A stretch of 64,000 bases of DNA, from NCBI GenBank assembly GCA_965200245.1, contig CBDATS010000005.1:32001-96000 (forward strand). The letters run 5' to 3'. This DNA is from a bacterium. Its GTDB lineage: Bacteria; UBA8248. Under the pieces are notes generated by a model. The model was not told the DNA's origin. It ran no database searches and was given only the letters and a program-made list of their open reading frames with translations. This document shows, piece after piece, positions 52,046-62,085 of this stretch. A program made the position numbers and the translations under genes. Position 1 is the stretch's first letter; the number at the start of each line of letters is the position of its first letter.

Positions 52046-53038
52046 TTGATGTCTGAGCCGAATGAAGGCGAATCTGAAGACAGAAATTCACCTGTCACAC
52101 GCGAGAAGGCTCCCGACACTCACGAAACGGATTCCTGCAACGCAAATGAAGCAGACGATACTCCCGCGTTTTCCGACTCACCGGATCATCCCGGTGATAG
52201 TCGCTCTGCTTCTCCCGTCGCAGATACCCTGTCTTCCTATTTGAGAGACATCGGCACTCATCCGATTCTCAAGCGTGACGAAGAGCAGGCGCTGGCCTTC
52301 GCGGCGAGAGAGGGTGACGAAGAAGCGTTCAACAAACTCGTGCGCTCGAATTTGAGATACGTCGTCAGCGTAGCGAATCGCTATAAGGGCCTCGGACTTT
52401 CCCTTGAGGATTTGATAAACGAGGGAAATATCGGCTTGATCAACGCGATCAAACGTTTCGATCCCGAACGCGGCGTCAAACTCATTACCTATGCCGTGTG
52501 GTGGATTCGTCAAAGCATCATGCACGCGATAGCCGATCAGAGGAACGCCGTCAGACTGCCCGTCAAACAGGCCGGTCTTCTTCATAAAATTTCCATCATG
52601 TACGAGAAATTCCGACAAGAATTCGGGCGCGAGCCCGAGACGTCCGAATTGTCCGAACGACTTGACATCAAGGTCACGGATATCGAAAAACTCATACGCG
52701 CCAATCAGAATTATCTTTCTCTCGACACTCCCGTCTCCCCTGATGATGATACAAGCTACCTCGATTTGCTAGAGGAACAGAGCGCCGTATCCGTAGAGGA
52801 AGACGTGGTACAACACTCTCTTGAAGAGGAGGTGGAGGACCTGCTCGCAGAACTCGACCCCAAGGAGCGTGAAATCATTCGCATGCGTTATGGCTTTGAC
52901 GGAGAGGCAATGACGCTCGAAGAAATCGGGAACAAACTCGGGCTGTCGCGCGAAAGAATCAGACAAATAGAAAAAAAGGTAATCAGCCGTTTTCGCGCAG
53001 CAAGCGATCACCAGACGCTGCATGATTTCTTGTGTTGA
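52046..53038 (+). CDS. Sigma-70 family factor (RpoD/RpoS-like, lacking region 1.1)
   Basis: NLRYVV, DLINEGNIGL, TYAVWWIRQ, TLEEIG..LSRERIRQIE. Confidence 0.92.
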   Translation: MMSEPNEGESEDRNSPVTREKAPDTHETDSCNANEADDTPAFSDSPDHPGDSRSASPVADTLSSYLRDIGTHPILKRDEEQALAFAAREGDEEAFNKLVRSNLRYVVSVANRYKGLGLSLEDLINEGNIGLINAIKRFDPERGVKLITYAVWWIRQSIMHAIADQRNAVRLPVKQAGLLHKISIMYEKFRQEFGREPETSELSERLDIKVTDIEKLIRANQNYLSLDTPVSPDDDTSYLDLLEEQSAVSVEEDVVQHSLEEEVEDLLAELDPKEREIIRMRYGFDGEAMTLEEIGNKLGLSRERIRQIEKKVISRFRAASDHQTLHDFLC

Positions 53039-53040
53039 CG

Positions 53041-53649
53041 ATGTCGAAGGCCAATCCGCAAAAAACCGAAACTTCTCCCGAAAGCTGGCGCGAAGCGGCT
53101 TCGCGCCTTATCGCAAGCGGCACGGGAGAAAAGTTCACGCTCGCGAACAGTCTTACGCTCGCCCGTATTCTGATGGTTCCATTGCTCGTCATGTTCCTAC
53201 TCCAAGGTTCACCTCCCGCACAATACTTCGCCGCCGGCCTGTTCGTCATGGCGGCATTTACGGACTGGCTCGACGGTCATCTGGCGAGAACGCGCGACCA
53301 GATTACCCCTCTGGGCGAGATTCTAGACCCCGTGGCAGACAAACTTCTGATCGTCGCCGCCCTAATCCCCTTGGTATCACTCGGAAGAGTGGACGCCTGG
53401 GTCGTCGGCATCCTGTTAGGCCGGGAGCTTCTGGTGACAGCATTTCGCGCTGTGGCCTTGCGTCGCGGTCTGGTGGTGCCAGCGGGTTTCCTCGGTAAAA
53501 TCAAGATGGGCCTGGAGGTCGCGGCGATTTTTTTCCTGATCCTGGGTATTTTTCCGTCATTGGGCACCGTTCTGATTTGGGCCGCCATGATTGCGGCGGT
53601 CCTCTCCGCAGTTGATTATTTTCGGCAAATCGTTCGAGCCATCTCTTGA
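53041..53649 (+). CDS. pgsA: CDP-diacylglycerol--glycerol-3-phosphate phosphatidyltransferase
   Basis: N.LT.AR, TDWLDG.LAR, G..LDPVADK, GKIK. Confidence 0.9.
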   Translation: MSKANPQKTETSPESWREAASRLIASGTGEKFTLANSLTLARILMVPLLVMFLLQGSPPAQYFAAGLFVMAAFTDWLDGHLARTRDQITPLGEILDPVADKLLIVAALIPLVSLGRVDAWVVGILLGRELLVTAFRAVALRRGLVVPAGFLGKIKMGLEVAAIFFLILGIFPSLGTVLIWAAMIAAVLSAVDYFRQIVRAIS

Positions 53650-54254
53650 TAATTGCCTTTTTGCTCGTCATCCTTGGCTGCGGTCTGCTGGGCTCCATCC
53701 CCTTCGGTGTGCTGATTACCCGGTTGTTCGGCGCCGTGGATCCGCGTGAATCGGGAAGCGGCAACATCGGTGCGACGAATGTCCTGAGAACGAGTGGATG
53801 GAAAAGCGGGGTGCTGACCCTGTTGCTCGACGTTCTCAAGGGCGTTGTAGCCATCCTCCTCGCCCGTTATGTGGCCGATCACTGTCCTGCTCCCGCCCTG
53901 GAGCCCGTCGCTGCCCTTACAGCAGTGCTTGGGCACATGTATTCGCCGTTCACGGGGTTTCGCGGGGGAAAGGGTGTAGCTACCGGCCTCGGCGTGTTCG
54001 CTCTCCTGACTCCGGGGCCAACAGTCCTCGCCGCACTGGTTTTCATTATCATGGTGGCGGTGACCCGGTACATCTCTATCGGTTCGATGCTTGCCGCGGC
54101 CACGGTACCAATAGCGGGTTATTGGATGAACTACTCCCCTGTGGTATACGCCATATCCGGCGTGGTCTCCCTGTTCGTTATCTGGAAGCATCAGGACAAC
54201 ATCGGTCGATTAATGCGCGGAGAGGAGAACCGCATCGGGCGGAAGAGTGGTTGA
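53646..54254 (+). CDS. plsY: Acyl-phosphate:glycerol-3-phosphate acyltransferase
   Basis: GSGNIGATN.LR, FRGGKGVAT, H..NI.RL..GEE. Confidence 0.95.
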   Translation: MIIAFLLVILGCGLLGSIPFGVLITRLFGAVDPRESGSGNIGATNVLRTSGWKSGVLTLLLDVLKGVVAILLARYVADHCPAPALEPVAALTAVLGHMYSPFTGFRGGKGVATGLGVFALLTPGPTVLAALVFIIMVAVTRYISIGSMLAAATVPIAGYWMNYSPVVYAISGVVSLFVIWKHQDNIGRLMRGEENRIGRKSG

Positions 54255-54324
54255 GGTGTTTTTCATGACGACAGAATTTTCGATACTCCTGATTCGTCGA
54301 TTTTTCTAAACCATTGGAGAGACA

Positions 54325-54690
54325 ATGCTCACGGGTTGTTCCCCCGTTTTTCTTCTCGTCATCCTGGGCATAGGAATCGGGAGCTGGATTTTCGGAAGTC
54401 ACACCGCCGCGAGAATCACCGGGCTTCTGACAGTCACTGTTTTTCTCGTCTACTTCGCCCTTTTGAACTGGACGGCACAAAACCGCCAGAAACAGGAATC
54501 AGACGCTCCACGGGAAAAGGACTTGTATCAGGAAATCACCGGTCCACACGATGGCGGGACGCGCAGGGAATTGTTTACGGAAGACGACAGGGCCGAATGG
54601 CGCAACTACCTGAAAACAGAAGGGAAGATCCTGTGGTTCGGAGTGGCGGGACTTTTACTGGCGCTGTTCTACCTGGCGTTCAAGAACTGA
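54325..54690 (+). CDS. Hypothetical membrane protein
   Basis: SD GGAG upstream; three hydrophobic segments; no recognised motif. Confidence 0.55.
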   Translation: MLTGCSPVFLLVILGIGIGSWIFGSHTAARITGLLTVTVFLVYFALLNWTAQNRQKQESDAPREKDLYQEITGPHDGGTRRELFTEDDRAEWRNYLKTEGKILWFGVAGLLLALFYLAFKN

Positions 54691-54715
54691 ATCTCAAGCA
54701 CGGCTCATAAAACCT

Positions 54716-55828
54716 TCAGTTTTGTTCAAAAAACCGAATTACGGTATCGGCTACAAAATCGAGGTCTTGACCCTGTAGTTCAGGATATATGGGAAGCGAC
54801 AATACCTGCGTGGCTACGGCCTCGCTCTCGGGAAAATCCCCTTGCCGATAGGCATCGAAGCAAGGATGGAGATGCAAGGGAGATGAATAATAGATCGCGC
54901 AACCCACTCCGTTTCGCAACAAGTATTCCTGCAGTTTATCCCTCTCGGGCGTCCGAACCGCGTATTGATGAAACACATGACTTTCGCCAGGGATAGAGGG
55001 AAGGACGAACTGCTCCCCGGTAATCCCGCGAGCCTCGAATCTTTCATGATATTTTCGGGCGTTTTCCCGTCTTTTCACGATCCATGCATTCAGATGACCG
55101 AGTTTGACGGACAAAACAGCCGCTTGTATCGTATCCATCCTGAAATTACCGCCTACTTCCATATACTCGGAATTATCCGGCGAACCGTGGATCCTGAGCT
55201 TGCGCATGCGCTCGGCCCGCGCACCGTCTTTGACTAAAACCATACCTGCGTCGCCAAGCGCACTCAGATTTTTCGTGGGATAAAACGACAGACAGCCTGC
55301 ATCACCGGTAGCACCGGCAAAACCCAAACTGGTCCGCGCGCCGACGGCTTGAGCAGCGTCCTCTACCACAAAAAGTCGGTGACGCCCGGCGATTTCCAGA
55401 ATCTCCGCCATCGGCGCACACTGCCCGTACATATGAACGGGTATGATCCCCTTCGTATTCGGTGTAATGACTTGTTCGACGCGCTCGGGCGAAAGATTGA
55501 ACGTTTCGGGGTCGATATCCACCAATACCGGCTTTGCACCCAAGCGATGGATTACGCCCGCAGTGGCGAAAAACGTAAACGCCGATGTGATGATTTCATC
55601 GCCAGGCCCTGCGTCGTACGACATCAAAGCCAGAAGCAGGGCGTCCGTGCCTGAAGAAACGGCGATGGCGTGTTCCGCCTCGCAATAGGCCGCCATCTCT
55701 GACTCGAAAGCACCAATCTCCTCACCCATAACGAACCTCTGGTGGGTCATTACTCTTTCGACCGCTGTCAACATTTGCGCTTTAAGCGGTCCGTTTTGGG
55801 CTTCCAGATCATAAAAGGGTACACGCAT
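54716..55828 (-). CDS. DegT/DnrJ/EryC1/StrS sugar aminotransferase
   Basis: SGTDAL, EDAAQA, SFYPTKNL...GD.GM, LSLPIYP. Confidence 0.92.
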   Translation of the reverse strand: MRVPFYDLEAQNGPLKAQMLTAVERVMTHQRFVMGEEIGAFESEMAAYCEAEHAIAVSSGTDALLLALMSYDAGPGDEIITSAFTFFATAGVIHRLGAKPVLVDIDPETFNLSPERVEQVITPNTKGIIPVHMYGQCAPMAEILEIAGRHRLFVVEDAAQAVGARTSLGFAGATGDAGCLSFYPTKNLSALGDAGMVLVKDGARAERMRKLRIHGSPDNSEYMEVGGNFRMDTIQAAVLSVKLGHLNAWIVKRRENARKYHERFEARGITGEQFVLPSIPGESHVFHQYAVRTPERDKLQEYLLRNGVGCAIYYSSPLHLHPCFDAYRQGDFPESEAVATQVLSLPIYPELQGQDLDFVADTVIRFFEQN

Positions 55829-55877
55829 GGAGACTTTCTTTGCCCTATTGACAATTTTCTTGGACGAAACGTACAGG

Positions 55878-55964
55878 TGGTGCCGGAGGCCGGACTCGAA
55901 CCGGCAAGGGGTCGCCCCCGGTGGATTTTGAGTCCACTGCGTCTACCAATTCCGCCACTCCGGC
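55878..55964 (-). tRNA. tRNA-Leu(CAA)
   Basis: Reverse complement GCCGGAGTGGCGGAATTGGTAGACGCAGTGGACT-CAA-AATCCAC...GGTTCGAGTCC...CGGCACCA; long variable arm, encoded CCA. Confidence 0.96.
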
Positions 55965-56392
55965 AGAAAGAGGATGTAACTTAGCCTCTCCTCATGCCAT
56001 CTGGCAAGATGCGGTTCACATTTTCACACAAATTCAAGACCCATCCCTCACATTCCGCCTCACTCGAAACCGATACCACTGGCACCTCCAACATCTGGAG
56101 ATGGAATTCTCATTCTTAGCACACAAACAGTGAAGCGTCATTCCGGTTCTTCCATCTTGTCCCGGAACACCTTGAGGTAGTTTCGACAATGGATCCGTTT
56201 GCAAGCGATGCACGCATTGAGATACTCATGCCGGAATCTCAAGTCGTATGCGAGACATTCACGAGTTTCCATGTTTTCGTTTTTTTCGCCTCGCATAGAA
56301 CGCATTCATGGCAGTGGCTTCGAATCTTTGCTACATTTTCTGAAACCAAAATCACCGAATCTTCTGCATTTTTCCGAGAAGGATAATATACC

Positions 56393-57166
56393 ATGATTAT
56401 CGATACAGACCGCCTGGATAATTACGACATCATCGATTTGAGCCATCCTTGGGGACACGGCGCCCCGCTTTGGCCTTATTTCCCCGATCTCAAGATCGAG
56501 CGATTTCACTACCACGCAAAAAGCCAGGTCCTGAGCCAGCAAATCACAACGTTCATGCACTGCACGACCCACACCGATGCGCCTGCACATGTTATCGAGG
56601 GTATGCCGTTCATGGACGAGGTGCCGCTAAGGAGCTATTTCGGCAACGCCGTTTGTGTGGATATCCCCAAAGACGAATGGGAAGTCATTACACCCGAAGA
56701 CCTCGAAAACGCAAGACCCGAGATTCGTCCGGGCGACATCGTAATCGTACATACCGGATGGCATCGCTACTACGGAGACAATACCAAGTACTTCATCTAT
56801 TCCCCCGGTCTCTACAAGGAGGCAGGTGAATGGTTCGTGGAGCGTGGCGTGAAGGGTGTGGGCGTGGACCAGCAGGCGCTCGACCATCCGCTAGGGACGA
56901 AAATCGCGTGGGGCCCCCAGCCTATCTGTCCATTCACGCTGGACGAATACGAACAACGCTTCGACCGCCCCACGAGTGAGGCTTTCCCCTATTGGGAACC
57001 CTGCCACCGTGCGCTTCTGGGAAACGGAATCGTCGGTTTCGAAAATGTGGGGGGAGACATAGAAAAGGTAGTGGGAAAACGATTCGCCCTAGCCGCATTT
57101 CCCTGGCGCTGGACGGGCGGGGACGGCTGTATCGTGCGGATGGTCGCGTTTGTACCGAAAACCTAG
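56393..57166 (+). CDS. Cyclase-family metal-dependent hydrolase (KynB-like)
   Basis: DLSHP, HCTTHTDAPAH (variant of HxGTHxDxPxH), HTGW, EN. Confidence 0.88.
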   Translation: MIIDTDRLDNYDIIDLSHPWGHGAPLWPYFPDLKIERFHYHAKSQVLSQQITTFMHCTTHTDAPAHVIEGMPFMDEVPLRSYFGNAVCVDIPKDEWEVITPEDLENARPEIRPGDIVIVHTGWHRYYGDNTKYFIYSPGLYKEAGEWFVERGVKGVGVDQQALDHPLGTKIAWGPQPICPFTLDEYEQRFDRPTSEAFPYWEPCHRALLGNGIVGFENVGGDIEKVVGKRFALAAFPWRWTGGDGCIVRMVAFVPKT

Positions 57167-57495
57167 CCTGCGGCTACCGGTTCGGTTTTTTTCTTGTCGG
57201 ACTGCTTCGAGGTTGCTCCGTCCTTGGGCGCCGTCTCTTTCTTCTCGGCGGACTTGTTCTCTGACTCCGAGTGAGAAACAGGACTCGGGGAATCCTTTTC
57301 TTTGCTCTTGCCGTTTGAGGCGTAATCGGTCACATACCACCCTTCCCCCTTTAGGTGAAAGGCGGAACGGGAGATTTTTCGTCTGAGTCGGAGCGCGCCG
57401 CAACTTGGACATTTCCTAAGCGCGTTGGCTCCCATTCTCTGGATTACTTCGTGCTCATCTCCACATGCGCTGCATTCATACTCGTAAATCGGCAC
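57163..57495 (-). CDS. FmdB-family zinc-ribbon protein
   Basis: MPIYEYEC..CG, CP.CG, F.LKG.GWYVTDY, low-complexity tail. Confidence 0.9.
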   Translation of the reverse strand: MPIYEYECSACGDEHEVIQRMGANALRKCPSCGALRLRRKISRSAFHLKGEGWYVTDYASNGKSKEKDSPSPVSHSESENKSAEKKETAPKDGATSKQSDKKKTEPVAAG

Positions 57496-57514
57496 TTCCC
57501 GTTTCTCCTCGTCG

Positions 57515-58432
57515 TTAAATGAAGGTCAGCCACTCAAGCTTGCTCTCGTCGTGTCCATTCACGATCTCGAAAAATGCGAACTGGATCCTTTTCGTTATCG
57601 GGCCCGGCTCTCCCGCGCCGATGGCTCTGCCGTCCACTTCCCGAATGGGAGTCACCTCCGCCGCTGTGCCCGTAAAGAAAGCTTCATCCGCCACATAGAC
57701 TTCATCGCGGGCGAAGGGAGCGACCTGCAATTCCAGGCCCTGTTCATCGGCGAGTTGAACGACCGTGTCGCGCGTAATACCTGCCAGTACGCCATGAAGC
57801 GGCGGCGTCTTGAGCACTCCGTCTCTGACGATAAAAATGTTCTCGCCAGAGCCCTGCGCCACCAGACCCTCCGGGTCGAGCATGAGCGCCTCGTCATACC
57901 CGGCATTGACAGCCTCGAGTTTCGCCATCTGGCTCACGGCATAGTTGCCTGTGGTTTTTGCCTTGGTCATGTAGCTGTTCGGATGATGGGACGTGAAGGA
58001 CGAAACCTTGACCCTGATACCGTTGGCCAGTCCCTGTTCGCCCAAATACGCCCCCCAGTTCCATACGGCCACCATTGCATGGGTGGTCGACCCCTTGGGA
58101 TTTACCCCCATGGAGCCATAACCAAGCCAGATCAGCGGGCGAATATAACACGCCTCCATCCGGTTCGTTCGAACCGTCTCCAGTACCGCCTGGGTGAAAT
58201 CAGCCTGGGAGACAGGCACACCAAGACCAACGATCTGCACGGAATCATAGAGTCTCCGCATGTGCTCCTCGAGGCGGAAGACGGCTGATCCACGCTCGGT
58301 CCAGTAGCAACGAATACCTTCGAATACCCCCAATCCATAGTGCAGCGAGTGCGTGAGGACATGAATCCTGGCTTCATCCCAGGGGACGAACTCTCCATCC
58401 ATCCAAATTTTCTCTGTTGCGCCTTCCAACAA
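57515..58432 (-). CDS. ilvE: Branched-chain amino acid aminotransferase
   Basis: IWMDG, LHYG.GVFEG, AK..GNY, LAGITR, FTGTAAEV; probable TTG start after GGAGG. Confidence 0.95.
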   Translation of the reverse strand: MLEGATEKIWMDGEFVPWDEARIHVLTHSLHYGLGVFEGIRCYWTERGSAVFRLEEHMRRLYDSVQIVGLGVPVSQADFTQAVLETVRTNRMEACYIRPLIWLGYGSMGVNPKGSTTHAMVAVWNWGAYLGEQGLANGIRVKVSSFTSHHPNSYMTKAKTTGNYAVSQMAKLEAVNAGYDEALMLDPEGLVAQGSGENIFIVRDGVLKTPPLHGVLAGITRDTVVQLADEQGLELQVAPFARDEVYVADEAFFTGTAAEVTPIREVDGRAIGAGEPGPITKRIQFAFFEIVNGHDESKLEWLTFI

Positions 58433-58559
58433 AAACACCCTCCAGCACTGTGGGATTGTGAAATCCGGAACTTTGGACAACCCGCGAATTATAGTGATTC
58501 GAGACGGATTGACGCAAGCCTCCGGAACTAATAAATCATGCGCAATTCCCCGATCCGGT

Positions 58560-59543
58560 TCAATCTTTGTACACCTCGGGATTCAGCAGCGTCTTGGGAT
58601 TTACCCGCTCCCCCTTCATCACGGCAAGAACGTTTTCTCCAGCCAGCCGGTTTACGCGCTCGCGTGCCTGGTGGCTCGCACCTGCGAAGTGGGGCGTCAC
58701 CACTGCGTTCGGGAGAGAAAACAGGGGATTCCCGGCGTTCGGGGGCTCTTCCTCGAAGACATCGATACCGGCCGATGCGATTTCGCCTTCCTCAAGCGCA
58801 CGAACCAGTGCCGCCTCGTCGACAATCGCACCGCGAGCGCAGTTCACGAGCACCGCCGATTCTTTCATTAATCGAAATCTTCGCGCATCGAACATGTAGC
58901 GCGTCTCGGGTGTAAGACTGCAATGGATCGACACGAAATCGGACTCGCTCGTCAACCTGTCCAGGTCTACCGGCTCCACACCCGCCTCGCGTATCACCTC
59001 ATCACTCACGAACGCGTCATACACCAGGACGCTACCCTGAAAACCGGAAAGCAGCCGAGCCAGTTCCCGCCCGATGTTTCCAAAGCCGACGATGCCGAAC
59101 GTCGCCCCGCTCATTTCGTTGGCGACCCAGATGTCCTCGCGCCAACCCCCTTGACGCAGCTTATCCATCCCCTGCGGAATCCGGCGGCTCGCGGCCAGCA
59201 TCAACCCGAGAGATGCTTCTGCAACGGCGACGGCGTTGGCGCCCGGGCAATTCGTCACTGGAATATTTCGTCTCGTCGCGGCGGGAATATCTATATTTTC
59301 CACACCTACACCGATCTTGGCGATGAGCCTCAGGCGCGTTGCGGAGTCTATGACCCGCTCGGTAATCTGCTCTCTCGAGGTTACCAGTATGGCGTCCCAC
59401 TCATGGGCGTCACGAACCAACTCGTCTTCAGTCCATTTGCTGTTGCCGCCGTCACGAAACTCGCCATAAGGTTCGAGCATATTTCGCAGTGATTCGATGG
59501 GCGCGCGCGCCTCGGGTACAAAAAAAACGACGTTCCGGTTCAA
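58560..59543 (-). CDS. D-isomer-specific 2-hydroxyacid dehydrogenase (SerA-like, no ACT domain)
   Basis: GVGVENID, GFGNIG, NCARG, DVFEEEP, TPHFAG. Confidence 0.88.
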   Translation of the reverse strand: MNRNVVFFVPEARAPIESLRNMLEPYGEFRDGGNSKWTEDELVRDAHEWDAILVTSREQITERVIDSATRLRLIAKIGVGVENIDIPAATRRNIPVTNCPGANAVAVAEASLGLMLAASRRIPQGMDKLRQGGWREDIWVANEMSGATFGIVGFGNIGRELARLLSGFQGSVLVYDAFVSDEVIREAGVEPVDLDRLTSESDFVSIHCSLTPETRYMFDARRFRLMKESAVLVNCARGAIVDEAALVRALEEGEIASAGIDVFEEEPPNAGNPLFSLPNAVVTPHFAGASHQARERVNRLAGENVLAVMKGERVNPKTLLNPEVYKD

Positions 59544-59580
59544 AAACCATCCTCCATTCAGACTAACGCGAGACAGGCGG

Positions 59581-60378
59581 CTAAGTGCCGACAATCAATG
59601 TGGATGTTCGATCTCTGAGGAAGGAAAATGTCGAGAGATACGTCAAGATGCCCGTTCGATAATTCTCGGAAGGTACATTCTCAATACGAATGAAAGAGCG
59701 CCCGAATTCTCCCACCGCTTCGACTTCGTGGATGTTCCGATTTGCCGTGGGGTCGCAAACGACCCGCATCTTCGTCCTATGCGACCCGATGCCCGCCAAG
59801 CTCACGGCGGCGGAAACATTCACATTGGCCGGAAACGCCTTGCACGCCTCCAGGGGGGTGCCCTCAAAAATCACCGTAGGCTCATCGATAGCGTCGAGAT
59901 CGATGCCCTGATCTTTGATATAAGGGGCTCCTTTCAGGCTCGCAGGCGGTTTTCGCGTCGTCATGATGACTGATTCCATCTGGCCGGCCGATGCCCCCTT
60001 GAGGCCGTCAAGACCGATAATGGCGCCCGAGGGAACGAATATTCGCGAACCTCCCCGCTTCGCTTCCTCAATCAGATCTTCACGCTCCAGAAGCGCTCCC
60101 ACGGAATTGATAATCACATCTTTTCCACGTGCAAAACTCTCATGACAGATCGCCTCCACGGTGTCTCCACCCGATGCTTCCATCACGATGTCCACCGCCT
60201 GCGCCACGCCCGTCAGATCCGTCATGCGCGGTGGATTCTTGAGATCCGCCAGAAAACCTTCCACTTTCTCGAGCGTCCGGGTCGAGGCGACCGGTACATC
60301 GACAGGCACTCTGCCCTCATCCGCGGCCTTCACCACAGCCTTGCCAATAACACCCAAGCCCACAACGCCCAGTTTCAT
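59581..60378 (-). CDS. nadX: L-aspartate dehydrogenase
   Basis: GLGVIG, SVGAL, PSGAI.GLD, RKPP, FPANVNV, NIHEV. Confidence 0.9.
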   Translation of the reverse strand: MKLGVVGLGVIGKAVVKAADEGRVPVDVPVASTRTLEKVEGFLADLKNPPRMTDLTGVAQAVDIVMEASGGDTVEAICHESFARGKDVIINSVGALLEREDLIEEAKRGGSRIFVPSGAIIGLDGLKGASAGQMESVIMTTRKPPASLKGAPYIKDQGIDLDAIDEPTVIFEGTPLEACKAFPANVNVSAAVSLAGIGSHRTKMRVVCDPTANRNIHEVEAVGEFGRSFIRIENVPSENYRTGILTYLSTFSFLRDRTSTLIVGT

Positions 60379-60460
60379 AACAATTTCCAAAAGATACAGG
60401 TTTTATTACAATGATTTTACTCGATACAATTCACCCACAGAGTCAACATGCTCAAGCAGG

Positions 60461-61534
60461 CTATTCAATGCGGCTCCCCAGACTGAGACGCCAATGATCC
60501 GCCAATACGAGCGCCATCATTGCTTCCCCTATCGGCACCGCCCGTGTTGCCACGCACGGGTCGTGTCGTCCCTCCACTCTCACGGTCGTTTTCTTTCCAG
60601 AGACCGTCACCGTATCCTGCTCGATCAGAATGGAAGAAGTCGGCTTCACGACAAATCGAACCACAACGGGCGCGCCCGTGGATATGCCGCCCAGAATTCC
60701 ACCCGCGTTGTTCGTCTTCACCCCTGTCTCTCCGTTTTTCATTTCGAATGGATCGTTGTTCTCGGACCCCCACATACCTGCGGCCCGGAAGCCCGACCCA
60801 ATCTCGATCCCCTTCACTGCGTTGATGCTCATCATCGCCGCCGCAAGATCGGAGTCAAGACGCCCGTAAAGCGGCTCTCCCCAGCCCGCGGGAACGCCGT
60901 CGGCCCGTACCGTGATGGTCCCGCCCACGGAATCGCCCGCCTTTCTGGCATCCAGGATGGCTGCCTCCATCCGGGACGCTGTTTCCGCGTCCGGGCAACG
61001 CACGGCGTTTCGCTCTATTTCTTCCGCGTCGAAATGCACACCATCCCAGCGAACCTCCGCCACCTGATCGACATAACCCAAAATCGTTATACCAAGACAC
61101 GCGAGGAGTTTTTTGGCTATCGCTCCCGCCGCGACACGCGCGGCCGTCTCTCGCGCGCTAGAGCGCCCACCTCCCCGGTGGTCGCGGATCCCCCATTTTC
61201 GAATATAGGTAAAATCCGCATGTCCCGGGCGAAACAAGTGACGCAGAGGTTCATATTTGCTCGAATCGGCGTCCTTGTTCCGAATGAGTACTGAAATGGG
61301 ATGTCCGGTCGTCAAACCTTCGAAGATTCCGGATAAAATTTCGGCGCGGTCCTCCTCCTTGCGCTGGGTTGTCACTCGGCTCTGACCCGGCCGCCTGCGA
61401 TCCAAATCCCGCTGGAGGTCAGATTCATCAAGCGGCAAGCCTGCCGGACAGCCATCCACCACGACGCCCAGAGCGGGGCCGTGAGACTCTCCCCAGGTGG
61501 TAATGCGAAACAAACGGCCAAACGTGTTCGACAC
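60461..61534 (-). CDS. aroC: Chorismate synthase
   Basis: [30 protein letters not shown]. Confidence 0.97.
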   Translation of the reverse strand: MSNTFGRLFRITTWGESHGPALGVVVDGCPAGLPLDESDLQRDLDRRRPGQSRVTTQRKEEDRAEILSGIFEGLTTGHPISVLIRNKDADSSKYEPLRHLFRPGHADFTYIRKWGIRDHRGGGRSSARETAARVAAGAIAKKLLACLGITILGYVDQVAEVRWDGVHFDAEEIERNAVRCPDAETASRMEAAILDARKAGDSVGGTITVRADGVPAGWGEPLYGRLDSDLAAAMMSINAVKGIEIGSGFRAAGMWGSENNDPFEMKNGETGVKTNNAGGILGGISTGAPVVVRFVVKPTSSILIEQDTVTVSGKKTTVRVEGRHDPCVATRAVPIGEAMMALVLADHWRLSLGSRIE

Positions 61535-61545
61535 GATCTTCCTCT

Positions 61546-62085
61546 CTAGCTCTCGGGCTGAGACAGCACCGCGCGTATTTCCGGAAGAACAGCCGCGACA
61601 ACCTTCTCTGGTGCGCTTGTGTTTTCCGCGACCAAACTTGCGAGTTCTTCATACCGTGGAATGCGTTTTTTGAAAAGCAGACGCAAAGCTTCCTCTGGTT
61701 TCGCCTCGTTTTCAAGATAAGCCGGCCAGCCATCCGCACGCACCCTCTTGATGATCTCATCCTCACCCACCTGAAGATAAACCACACAATGGGAAGAAAG
61801 CAGAGTATCGACACCAATCATCATCGGGGTTCCGCCGCCAAGTGCCAATACGAGATTGTCCCGTTCCAATTGCTCGCGAAGCAAGTGAATTTCCAGCGAG
61901 CGGAAGGATTCTTCCCCCCTCGTTCTGAAAACTTCGCGAAATCCCAGTAGTTCACCCGTTTCCTGAAAATGTTCTTGCTCGATTAAGTGGTCGAGATCGT
62001 GAAAGGAGAACCCCATTTTCTCGGCGAGCAAGGGCCCGATTGTAGATTTTCCGCACCCCTTGAAACCGATGAGCACGACGCTCAA
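61546..62085 (-). CDS. aroK: Shikimate kinase
   Basis: [10 protein letters not shown]-loop, DLD, GEESFR..E, LGGG. Confidence 0.9.
   Translation of the reverse strand: MSVVLIGFKGCGKSTIGPLLAEKMGFSFHDLDHLIEQEHFQETGELLGFREVFRTRGEESFRSLEIHLLREQLERDNLVLALGGGTPMMIGVDTLLSSHCVVYLQVGEDEIIKRVRADGWPAYLENEAKPEEALRLLFKKRIPRYEELASLVAENTSAPEKVVAAVLPEIRAVLSQPES

Noticed and set aside
55829-55964. tRNA-Leu as an integration site for an island
   Set aside because: No integrase, and I saw no duplicated tRNA 3' end; the downstream genes are housekeeping.
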